DNA of 64,000 nt from an uncultured Candidatus Peribacteria bacterium (lineage in GTDB: Bacteria; Patescibacteriota; Gracilibacteria; BD1-5; UBA2023): assembly GCA_964555845.1 (NCBI GenBank), contig CAZKUA010000006.1, positions 8,215 to 72,214 on the forward strand. The letters are read 5' to 3'. Under the pieces are notes generated by a model. The model made no database searches. It was given only the letters and a program-made list of their open reading frames with translations, and was not told the origin of the DNA. The position numbers were made by a program, and so were the translations under genes. Shown here piece after piece: positions 46,310 to 55,528 of the stretch (the stretch's first letter is position 1; every line of letters begins with the position of its first letter).

Positions 46310-47461
46310 CTATATATTCAATAAACTTTGTCTTAATTCATCTCTTTCAATTTTCTGTAATCTCTCTTGTTCTTTTCTTGCTTGCTCTTCGGCTTCTTTT
46401 CTCTTTCTTTCTTGTTCCATCTTTTCTTCTGCCTCCTTTTTAATTCTATATTGCTCTGCAATTTCTTGTAATCTCTCTTTTTCTTCATTCTCTAAGAAAA
46501 TTTTATATTCTTCTTTATTCATATTATATTGAGATTTTTGTTCTCTCTCAAATTCATTAATTTCATCTCAAAAATATTTCATAAAATGATTATTTGCCCT
46601 AAGATTATCAGTTGGCATACAATCAAGAAGTCATTTCTCTCCATTTTTTCTTAAAGTTGCTTCGATAAAGACTTTTGTTCAATATTCTTTTAAATTATAT
46701 CAAGAATCATCACAGTATTTTATTATCATAGCGCTTGCTAGAGACTTATTCATCATACATTTTTCAAGATAACTGTTAAATATATTTCATACTCTATAAA
46801 TACTTATACATCTTTTACTTCTATAAAAGCTATTTTCATTTTTTCTATCTTTTTCACTTAACATAAACAAAAACAGTTCATCATCTTCAGTTGTTCTCCA
46901 ATCAGTTGGTATCATAAGAATTTCTCGCATATTATCACTCGCGTCAATTCTATTATAGAAATTTTGGTATAAAGCCCGTCTAGCTTTTCTATAAATAATA
47001 TATGAATCATCCGAGCGTTCTGCATTCGCTTTATTGGCAAAGTCATATAAGAAATTTATTGCTTCTCATAATTCAGGTTGAGTTTGAAGATACTTAATAT
47101 ATATATCTAATTTCTTTAATTCCTGCGGATTTCTTAATTCAAATTCTTCTTTTTCTTTGATGAGTCTTTCGGTTTCTTTATCTCTTTTTATTCTATCTTC
47201 TTCAGCTTTTCTCTCTTCAGCTATTCTTAATTCCTCTGCAAGTCTTAATTTTTCTTCTAATTCTTTTTCAAACTCTATTTTTTTATTTAAGAATTCTCCT
47301 GATTTTTCTTGTCATTTTAATATCTCGGAAGCTCTTCATATGAATATTGATTTTATAATTCCTAATTTATTTTCCCTAAAAGGCTTCTCAATATATGCCA
47401 TTTCCTCGGCTATTTCATAATCTATTACACGACCGTCTGTATCTAAAAATTTCGTTGTCAT
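46310..47461 (-). CDS. Hypothetical coiled-coil protein, 383 aa; N-terminal module paralogous to 40084-40779
   Basis: MTTKFLD...IDYEIAEEMAYIEKPFRENKLGIIKSIF...ASEILKG. In frame with track ORF 46310-46522. Confidence 0.55.
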
Positions 47462-47494
47462 AGTTCTAAAGGTTAAAAGCTAAATTCTTCTTTT

Positions 47495-47648
47495 TGAAGA
47501 AATCAAGTTGCCTTGACATGAGTGACAGTAATCATTTTAAAATATTTCACAAAATTTATCATTTCTTTTTTAAAAAATCCAAGAGTTTCTGGCTAATTAG
47601 AGAGATTATTTTTTGTCGTCAGAAATAGACAAATAAATTTGTAATTTT
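47495..47648. repeat. Copy A of the conserved non-coding element of about 150 bp
   Basis: See 42018-42165. It lies in the divergent region between 46310-47461 and the TrmB-like gene. Confidence 0.7.
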
Positions 47649-47667
47649 GGGGTAAAAGTGATATAAT
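47639..47667 (+). promoter_or_regulatory. Sigma70-type promoter for the TrmB-like regulator
   Basis: TTGTAA, 17-nt spacer, TATAAT with an upstream TG. Confidence 0.6.
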
Positions 47668-47698
47668 AGCAAGAAATTAGTAATTAACATAATTTTTT

Positions 47699-48484
47699 AT
47701 GTCATCAAAATACGCAAAATATCTGGAGGAACTGGGGCTTGATAAAAATGAGGCTACGATATATTTGAGTCTTTTGCAGTTTGGAAATGCGATAGCCGGG
47801 ACTATTGTCAAAGAGACTTGATTACCGAGAGCGACAGTTTATCAGACACTTGATAGACTTGTGCAGAAGAATTTAGTTTTAAAAATTGATAAAGAAAATA
47901 TACTTACTTATTTCCCAGAAAGTCCAGAAAAATTAATAACAAATCTTAATAAACAGACAAGAGATTTAAGAAAAAAATTAGATCTTGCGGAGAAGTTAGT
48001 GCCTCATTTGGACACCTTAAAAAATCCTCACAAAAAAGATCCACAAGCGAGTTATTTTGAGTGAGAAGAGGCATATTATGAACTTCTAGAAAAATCTTTA
48101 AGAAAAAATGTGTGAGAAATACTTATGATTTCCAATTCTAAATACAAAAAACAAAACATAAAAGACGAGACAAAACTTGAGGCGATTTACAATTATGAGG
48201 ACAAAATTTTCTCAACTAAAAGACTTGAAGCTAAAATTAAACTGAGATTTATCACAAATGAAGAGAATATTTGAAAGGAATTACAGAAAAATGATATGGA
48301 TTTTATGAGGGAAACTCGCGTATTGCGAGATGATTTCGGGCAAACAGAAACTATGATAATTTTTGGAGATAATCTTATAATGATCACTGATAACTACCCA
48401 ATAATCTGACTTCACATAAAAGAAGCTCAACTCACAACTATGATGAGAAATTTATTTGAATTTGTGTGGAAGAGTTTGGGATAA
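47699..48484 (+). CDS. TrmB-family transcriptional regulator, 261 aa
   Basis: LGLDKNEATIYLSLLQFGNAIAGTIVKETGLPRATVYQTLDRLVQKNLV. Confidence 0.7.
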
Positions 48485-48509
48485 ATTTTAATTCTTTATT
48501 TTAAAAAAT

Positions 48510-48746
48510 ATGAAAACTATAAAAATCCTCGGAACTGGTTGTCCAAATTGTATGACACTCGAAAATAATGTAAAATCAGCGGTTAAAATTGCTTCTATAG
48601 AGGCAAATATTGAGAAAATTACAGATATTGCAGAAATTATGGATTATAATATAATGTCCGTTCCGGCTCTCGTAATAGATGAGAAAGTCGTAAGTTCTGG
48701 AAAAGTTTTGAGTGTTTTGGAAATTTTATCTCTTTTAAAAAAATAA
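48510..48746 (+). CDS. Thioredoxin-fold small redox-active disulfide protein, 78 aa
   Basis: IKILGTGCPNC motif. This family is a typical partner of the following permease family. Confidence 0.75.
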   Translation: MKTIKILGTGCPNCMTLENNVKSAVKIASIEANIEKITDIAEIMDYNIMSVPALVIDEKVVSSGKVLSVLEILSLLKK

Positions 48747-48749
48747 AAT

Positions 48750-49712
48750 ATGTTTGATTTTATACAAATTTTTGCTGATTATATTTCTTATTCTTTGCTC
48801 AAACTTGATGGTTCTCATCTTGGAGAAGCACTGAATTTTTTCATTTATGATAGTATTAAGATTTTTTTCTTGATGATTTTTATTGTTCATTTAATGACTT
48901 TAATAAATCATTTCTTACCGATTGAAAAAATCAGAGATTTCTTGGCAAAAAACAAGATGTTTTGATTTGATTATTTACTTTCTGCTCTATTTTGAGCTGT
49001 AACTCCATTTTGTACTTGCTCAAGTATTCCAATGTTTGTTGGATTCTTGAAGGCTGGAATTCCTCTTGGAATCACATTTACCTTCCTCATTACATCACCC
49101 CTTATCAATGAAGTCGCGGTTGCCTTGTTTATAGGACTTTTTGGACTTAAAATCACAGCTATTTATGTAGCCTCTTGAATGTTTCTTTGAATGTTTTGAG
49201 GTTTTATAATTGGGAAATTAAAAATGGAATGAGAAGTGGCAGAATTTATTTGGAAAAATAAATGAGTCCCACCTGAAGTAAAAGAAGAAACCAGAAAATG
49301 GAATAAATTTTTAAGAGAAGTAAGTAAGGACAGTTTTTCTCTTGTCTGGAAAATTATGCCCTATGTTTTACTTGGAGTAGCTATTTGATGACTAATTCAC
49401 GGGTTTGTTCCAACCGGATTTTTTGAAAAATATATCACCAAATCAAATCCTTTCGCAGTACCAATCTCAGTAATTCTAGGGATACCGATGTATGCCAATG
49501 CTACAAGTATTCTTCCTATAATTCAAGCTCTTATCACGAAATGAATTCCCCTCGGAACCGGACTTGCCTTTATGATGGCGGTTGTTGGACTTAGTTTACC
49601 AGAATTTTTGATTTTAAAGAAAGTTATGAGCATGAAATTACTCCTTACATTCTTCGGAATCGTCGGATTTTTTATGATTTTACTTGGGTATTTTTTTAAT
49701 GCCGTGATGTAA
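48750..49712 (+). CDS. Predicted permease (ArsP_1/DUF318-like), 320 aa
   Basis: The [16 protein letters not shown] motif and multiple TM helices. Confidence 0.7.
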
Positions 49713-49713
49713 A

Positions 49714-49744
49714 AAATCCCACAGGCGCTCAGCCCATGGGATTT
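49714..49744. terminator. Candidate hairpin between convergent genes
   Basis: aaatccca-15 nt-tgggattt followed by a T run. Confidence 0.45.
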
Positions 49745-49772
49745 CAAATTTTTTTATCATACGAGTGGAAAT

Positions 49773-50639
49773 CTAACTTCAGATCCCACTCACAATAATT
49801 TTGATGTCTTCGGACCTAAGGAGACCGAAACCAAGTTGGTTCAAAATCTCCATATTGGCTAGTTCCAGAGCGTCCATTCTGGATATTCCTGTCCTTATAT
49901 TTATTTGATGAAAATCTCCTTGTCCCAATATCGCCTTGTAGGCCTCATGGTTTTGAGGTCGAAATTCGACATGGAGATTCCCGTCGAAATGCTCTTCCTT
50001 TCTCCATCCTGATTCTTCAGAGCTGAAGATACTGATTTTGGCAGGAATTTCAGCCGGTTCCAGTTTTGCGACCGGGAAATACAAATCTTCCAGAGTCTTG
50101 AATCCCAAGGGAACGATTACTTCCTCTGTTGTCACTTTACCATCCGCTTTTGAAAACCACACAAAATTGGGATCAGGCTTGGATAAGCTTGAAGATATCG
50201 ACCAGGTATTGATAGTTAAGGCAATAACAACAAACACTGGAAGATATTTCCTGTGTTTATCCCACAAATATCCTCCGAAAATTGCAAAGAGAGCCATGAG
50301 ACAAAAGCTAAATCCTACTATTGTAATAACAGGACCATTCCCAAAAATAACACCGCAAATAGAAATAATAATACCAATGATACCAAGAAAAAGAGTTTCT
50401 CCACTATTAGGCAATGATAGTACAAAAATGAAAACCCCGATAATGAGATTGGTTAAAACCAACCTTTCTATTGATATCTGAAAATGTGGCTGGTGTAGCC
50501 CATAGTAGGCGATACCAACCAGTATTGCAGTCATCATTATTGTCAGCATTGTGGAAAGCCGATTTTCTGGCTTCCAGATAAGGTTAAGGAACGAAGAAAC
50601 AGACCATTGTGTTTTTGGTACAACATTTGTTGCTTCCAT
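49773..50639 (-). CDS. Membrane protein of unknown function (4-5 TM helices plus soluble C-terminal domain); 288 aa in table 25, 286 aa in the standard code
   Basis: Intact ORF in the standard code with no internal TGA. By my count all 22 Gly are GGN. G+C is higher than the flanks. The standard-code TGA stop (49779-49781) reads as Gly in table 25, so translation would continue to the TAG at 49773-49775. Confidence 0.75.
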
Positions 50640-50646
50640 GATTTTT

Positions 50647-50654
50647 CCCTCCTT
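50647..50654 (-). promoter_or_regulatory. Strong Shine-Dalgarno site AAGGAGGG 7 nt upstream of the ATG at 50639
   Basis: The plus strand reads ccctcctt. Confidence 0.7.
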
Positions 50655-50716
50655 GCGGGATATTTTATTTTTGTCTTGATATTTGTATTCGCTGAAAATT
50701 ATTTCCAGTAATTCTA

Positions 50717-50744
50717 CTTATAATCAAAAACATATTTTTGTCAA
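50717..50744 (-). promoter_or_regulatory. Sigma70-type promoter for the membrane-protein gene
   Basis: On the minus strand: TTGACA, 16-nt spacer, TATAAG. Confidence 0.5.
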
Positions 50745-50772
50745 TAGAAAATTTGGGATTATTTTGGTAAAT

Positions 50773-50800
50773 TTGATTTTACTCAAAAAAATATTACAAT
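50773..50800 (+). promoter_or_regulatory. Sigma70-type promoter for rubrerythrin
   Basis: TTGATT, 16-nt spacer, TACAAT. Confidence 0.5.
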
Positions 50801-50833
50801 ACCCTTGTATTTTATTTTCTAATTTTAAGAAAT

Positions 50834-51409
50834 ATGGCAAGCATTAAATGAACTCAGACAGAGAAAAATTTGTTAAAATCTTTCGCGGGGGAATCTCAGG
50901 CTAGAATGCGTTATGATTATTTTGCAAAAATTGCAAAAAGTGAATGATATGAACAAATTAGAGCATTTTTTGAAGAGACAGCACTAAACGAAAAAGAACA
51001 TGCAAAGAGATTTTTTAAATTTCTTGAATGAAGTATGGTAGAAATTACTGCTACTTATCCGGCTTGAAAAATTGGGACAACACTCGAAAATCTGGAGGCT
51101 TCGGCAAATTGAGAGAATGAGGAATGGACTTTACTTTATCCAGAATTTGCGAGAATTGCGGATGAAGAATGATTTGGAGAAATTGCGAAAGTCTGGAGAA
51201 ATATAGCACTTGTTGAGAAAGCTCACGAGACAAGATATAGAAAACTTCTTGAAAATATTAAAAATAATGAAGTTTTTGAGAAATCTGAAATAAAAAAATG
51301 GAAATGTGCGAATTGTGGATATATACATACTGGAAAATCTGCTTTAGAAGTTTGTCCAAGCTGTGATCATCCAAAATCTTACTTTGAAATTTGGGTAGAG
51401 AATTATTAA
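50834..51409 (+). CDS. rbr: Rubrerythrin, 191 aa
   Basis: Ferritin-like ExxH motifs (EKEHAKRF, EEW...E..H) and the C-terminal rubredoxin CANCGY...CPSCDHP. Confidence 0.9.
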
Positions 51410-51424
51410 AATTTAAAAAATATT

Positions 51425-51448
51425 GTCATTCCCTCGTAGGAGGGAATC
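51425..51448. repeat. GTCATTCC...GGAATC hairpin repeat copy
   Basis: gtcattccctcgtaggagggaatc. Confidence 0.8.
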
Positions 51449-51497
51449 TTCCTTGTATTTTAAAAACTTCTTTTTGTAATCTTGAACTCCACGACCT

Positions 51498-51544
51498 GTC
51501 ATTTCAAACTTTCCTACTGTCATTTCGAACAAAGTGAGAAATCC
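51498..51544. repeat. Two degenerate GTCATTTC units in direct orientation
   Basis: gtcatttcaaactttcctact followed by gtcatttcgaacaaagtgagaaatcc. Confidence 0.6.
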
Positions 51545-51626
51545 CTTTTTGATGCACACTTGGAAAACATAATTCCCAAGTTTAACTTTTCTTTAAGTTT
51601 TAGTCTCAAAAGATTTGATTTAAAGG

Positions 51627-51672
51627 GATTCCTCGTTATCACTCGGAATGACAGAAGGGAACTCGAAATGAC
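51627..51672. repeat. Inverted copies of the same unit facing 51498-51544
   Basis: gattcctcgttatcactcggaatgac and ggaactcgaaatgac. Confidence 0.6.
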
Positions 51673-51696
51673 AAGTGGGATGCGAGGGATTTTTTG

Positions 51697-52401
51697 TTAT
51701 CTCCAGTTCATCATTCATCTTCCTCATCTTCATCACATCATTCCTCCTCACATACCAGCGGAATTTATAATTTCAGTTGCTTGGAATTCTCAAGTTCCGG
51801 TTTTTTGTCAGATAATTCTTATTCTGTCTCAAATATTTAAGTCACCTGAGTTTGCGCTTCAAGAAAGGGTAACACTAAATTTATCTCATCTAATATTTGA
51901 AATAATGATTTTATCATTTTTAATTTCTTCAATAATACCTCACATTCTTCATTCACTTGGATTTTGCCACATTTGTTGACCGAGAGTAAAATCCTTGTAT
52001 CATCTCATATGTGAGCCCATATAATCATTCATATTGTGTCCAATCCCAAATCTATAACCTAAAAATCCTACAAAAATAAATATTGCGATAATGACTCAGA
52101 TTATACCAAAAACAGGATATTTATAACCTTTTCCAGTGTTTTGAAAATCTTTAAATGTAAAAAATCAAATTCAAAAAATTATTAAAATCCAAAGAAGTGG
52201 GAAATGAAAATAACGAAGATTAAAAAATCTCATATTTTCCCCAAAATCTGACATAAATAGCATTGTAAGAAGAATTCCTACAAATAATAGAAATATCAAA
52301 GCTCATATTTGTAAATATTTTTTTGTTATAAAGTAACTTGAAGAAGTTGGTTTTACCTCTTCTTTCTTGATTTTTCCAAGAATTTTATCTTTGATTGACA
52401 T
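51697..52401 (-). CDS. Membrane protein immediately downstream of the ECF sigma gene (anti-sigma candidate) with a Gly/Met/Arg tail, 234 aa
   Basis: Its start lies 11 nt after the sigma gene's stop. It has 4 TM helices and the tail GMGGGMMGGRGGRGMMNWR, with 5 TGA in 13 codons. Confidence 0.5.
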
Positions 52402-52411
52402 AATGTGATAG

Positions 52412-52987
52412 TTAAAAATTAAAATTTAAGTTTTGTTTTATTTGTGTTTTTGCTCTATTTATAAGTGTCCCGACAGTTCCACTTGGTATGCGGAGAATAT
52501 CACTAATTTCATCATAACTTTTATCTTCTATAAATTTTAGAATTAGAATTTCTCTGTACTCTTTTTTTATTTTTGACAAAGCGAGTTGCACAATTTCTTT
52601 TATCTCTTTTTTATCTAAATCTAGTCTTGGGTCAAAGTCACTTTTTATGTTGTTTATCAGAAAACTATATGACTCATCATCTAAACTTACTTTCTCAATT
52701 TTGCTATTTTTTCTAAAATAATCTATTATATAATTGTGAGCAATCCTGTAAATCCAAGAAGAAAACGAAAGATTTTCCTTTACTTCAAATATATTTTTAT
52801 AGACTTTTATAAATATTTCTTGCAACAAATCGTCCGCTTCTTCATTTGTAATATCAGTTGAGCGCATTATATATTTATAGAGTTTTTGCTCATATCTATC
52901 AATAACAAGCCCAAAATTATCCGGATTTTCTTTTATTTTCTGGATTATTTCATAATCCGTTAAATCTATTTGCGTCATTTTATTCAT
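52412..52987 (-). CDS. ECF-type sigma-70 family RNA polymerase sigma factor, 191 aa
   Basis: Region 2 (DLLQEIFIKVYKN...SWIYRIAHNYIIDYFR) and region 4 (YREILILKFIEDKSYDEISDILRIPSGTVGTLINRAK). Confidence 0.85.
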   Translation of the reverse strand: MNKMTQIDLTDYEIIQKIKENPDNFGLVIDRYEQKLYKYIMRSTDITNEEADDLLQEIFIKVYKNIFEVKENLSFSSWIYRIAHNYIIDYFRKNSKIEKVSLDDESYSFLINNIKSDFDPRLDLDKKEIKEIVQLALSKIKKEYREILILKFIEDKSYDEISDILRIPSGTVGTLINRAKTQIKQNLNFNF

Positions 52988-53169
52988 TTAGAAATATTTT
53001 TTATTATATTGATTTTTGTTTTTTTACTAAATCTCACTCATCTTTTTATACGAATCTCATTTATTTTTCTTTCAAAAAACTAATTAGAAAAAAGTATGCT
53101 CAAAAATTTGCACTTATTTAAAAAATATGATAAACTTAAAAAGAATTTAACAAATAACTTAATATTTAT

Positions 53170-55503
53170 ATGGCAGATAATACAAATAATACAAAAGAAA
53201 ATCCCCAAGTAAAGCCAGAAATGATTAAAATCGATGGTCTTGATCAATTAAAACAAGAACTAGATATTGGTTTTGATACCAAAAATGATAAATTTTTCGA
53301 ATGAAAAGATGTTCATTTGGAAATTTCAAGAGCAGAATTAGACACTCTACATACAGAATTACTTTGAATGCCTTGAGATACCGAGAAGTTAGAGAGAATT
53401 AAAAAAATTATTGAAGAAAAACAAGTAGTTATAGCTAATGCCTGAAAAGAAACATGAATATTAAAAGATAAAATTGAATCATTTCCAAGAACCTCAGAAT
53501 GAATGGAAAAAGCTTTTGAATTAATAAAAGATAATAAAGAACCTCAAAAATATTTAATTATTTCTCAAATTTTAAATGTATTTGTTTATAAAAATTGATT
53601 TTCAATAAAAAAATGAGATTTTCTAGAAAATATAAGTATAGTAGATAAAGACTGAAAAGAACAAAAAGAATATAGTGAAGTTACAAATAAATATATATCA
53701 AAAGACATATTAAAAAAGGTTTTTGTTTTTGAATCATCATTAAAAAGTTGAAATTTCGAAGGAAAAGCCCTAGAAATTGCAAATAAATATCAAATTAATT
53801 TAAAAAATTGAAATAAGGCAGAAATAAGAACACAAATTTTAAGTAATAATGATATTAAACAGGAAGAGCAAATGATACTTTTATCTTATATTGATAATGA
53901 CTATAAAGAAGTTGAATTAGTTGCAAATGCTTATTTTACTGAAAATAATCAAAATTTGAATAACAATAAAAAAGAATTAGAAAAAGCTACTTGAATTGAA
54001 TTCACTAAAGAAAAAACTGCTGATTATGCTAGAAATCCCGATAAATTAGTATGAGATGTAGTAAAAGAAATTTCAAAAAATCCGTTACTTTTATTTTCTA
54101 CTATTTGACTTATTCTTTGAAAAATATTTTGATTTAAAGTATGAAAAGACGGAGGTTTTTTAATGAATCTTTTGGCTGTTTGAGCTTCAGTATGAGCATA
54201 TAAAGCACTTTGAGCAGGAAAATATATCGGTGATTTAATTGAATGAACAAATTGAGCGAGAGAGCCATACAAGGCTTGAATTGAATATTCTAAAGAAGTT
54301 GTTGATTGGGCATGGACAAAAGCCAAATGAGTTCCAAATAAAATCACTTGATCTATTGATGAATTAATGGCAAAAATAATTGAATGGGGAAATTTCAGAA
54401 ACACTAAATTTATTGATGCAGCTTGAAATCAAAATGAAATTCTTGATAGCAATTTTATGCAATTATATAATTCTAAAGATTGATTTCCAAATAAATTAAC
54501 AGGAAAAGACTGAAAACCAGTTTCCAAAGAAGAAAGCCAAGAACTAAACCAAAAATTATCAGGACTTTATACAAAATGAATTGAAAAACATTGAAAAGAA
54601 TTTCCAAAAAGAGTTGAAAAAATGAATGTAGATCAAGTTATTGATTTTTTAATCGAAGAACCTGCTACTCCAACTCCAGCAAACAAAGCTTCTAATGCTC
54701 TAGCAACTGCAGCATGAGCTACCGCAACCGCAGCAGCATTAGATAATTGAAAACCAGCTCCAGCTCCAGTAAAATCTAAAGAAGAAATAGAATCAGAGAA
54801 AGAAGCCTTAAAAAGCTTATTAGATAATAAAATTGCAGAGATATTAAATAATTTAAATTCAAAAGCTAAATTTGGATTTTATGCTTTTACAAATCATGAG
54901 AATAAATTAATTCAAGCCATTCAAAATAGAATTTCTTGAGTTAAAGAACAGATAGAATGAATGACAGCATCAAATCAAATACAATCAGCTATAAAAGATA
55001 TTAATTTATGGTGTACTGATATAAATCAACAAATTAATATTTATGCCACAAAAGATACTCAATGACAAACATTTATTTTAAATGATAGAGACAGATTATC
55101 GAAGCCTGAATTTGATAAATTATCTGATTTTGCTTTTAAAACGCCTATTTTAGGGTATTCCATTTTAGATAATAAATCATATATAAATTATAATTGAGAT
55201 TTATTAAATTTTTCTTCATTTAATTTTAAACAAGAAATTTCAAAATTAATTGCAGATTTTTGATTTGTAAATGAATGAGATAGGTTGATTTTAAATAGTA
55301 AAATAGAAAATTTGATACCAAAAGAAACCAAAGAAAATAAAAAGGATTTAGATTTGTATAAAAAATATACATTACAAGAATTAAATTTTTATTTATCAGA
55401 TATAAAAAATCATAAAGTTATAACAAGGAGAATAGAATCATCTGACATTCAAACTATGCAACCAAAGTCTTTTGATGAGTGGAAAACTGAGTTTAGTGTT
55501 TAA
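53170..55503 (+). CDS. Large hypothetical membrane/coiled-coil protein, 777 aa
   Basis: The frame was checked at 53221, 54022, 54661 and track ORF 55285. It has central Gly-rich TM helices and a Pro/Ala linker. Confidence 0.55.
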
Positions 55504-55528
55504 AAAAATAATAATTTAAAATAAAATT

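Noticed and set aside
50038-50481. 147-aa plus-strand ORF inside the GC-richer island
   Set aside because: It is antisense to the 286-aa membrane-protein ORF, which has a strong RBS, a promoter and a coherent TM pattern.
51482-51979. 165-aa plus-strand ORF
   Set aside because: It runs through the hairpin-repeat cluster and then antisense to the anti-sigma-like gene. It has no start context or recognisable fold.
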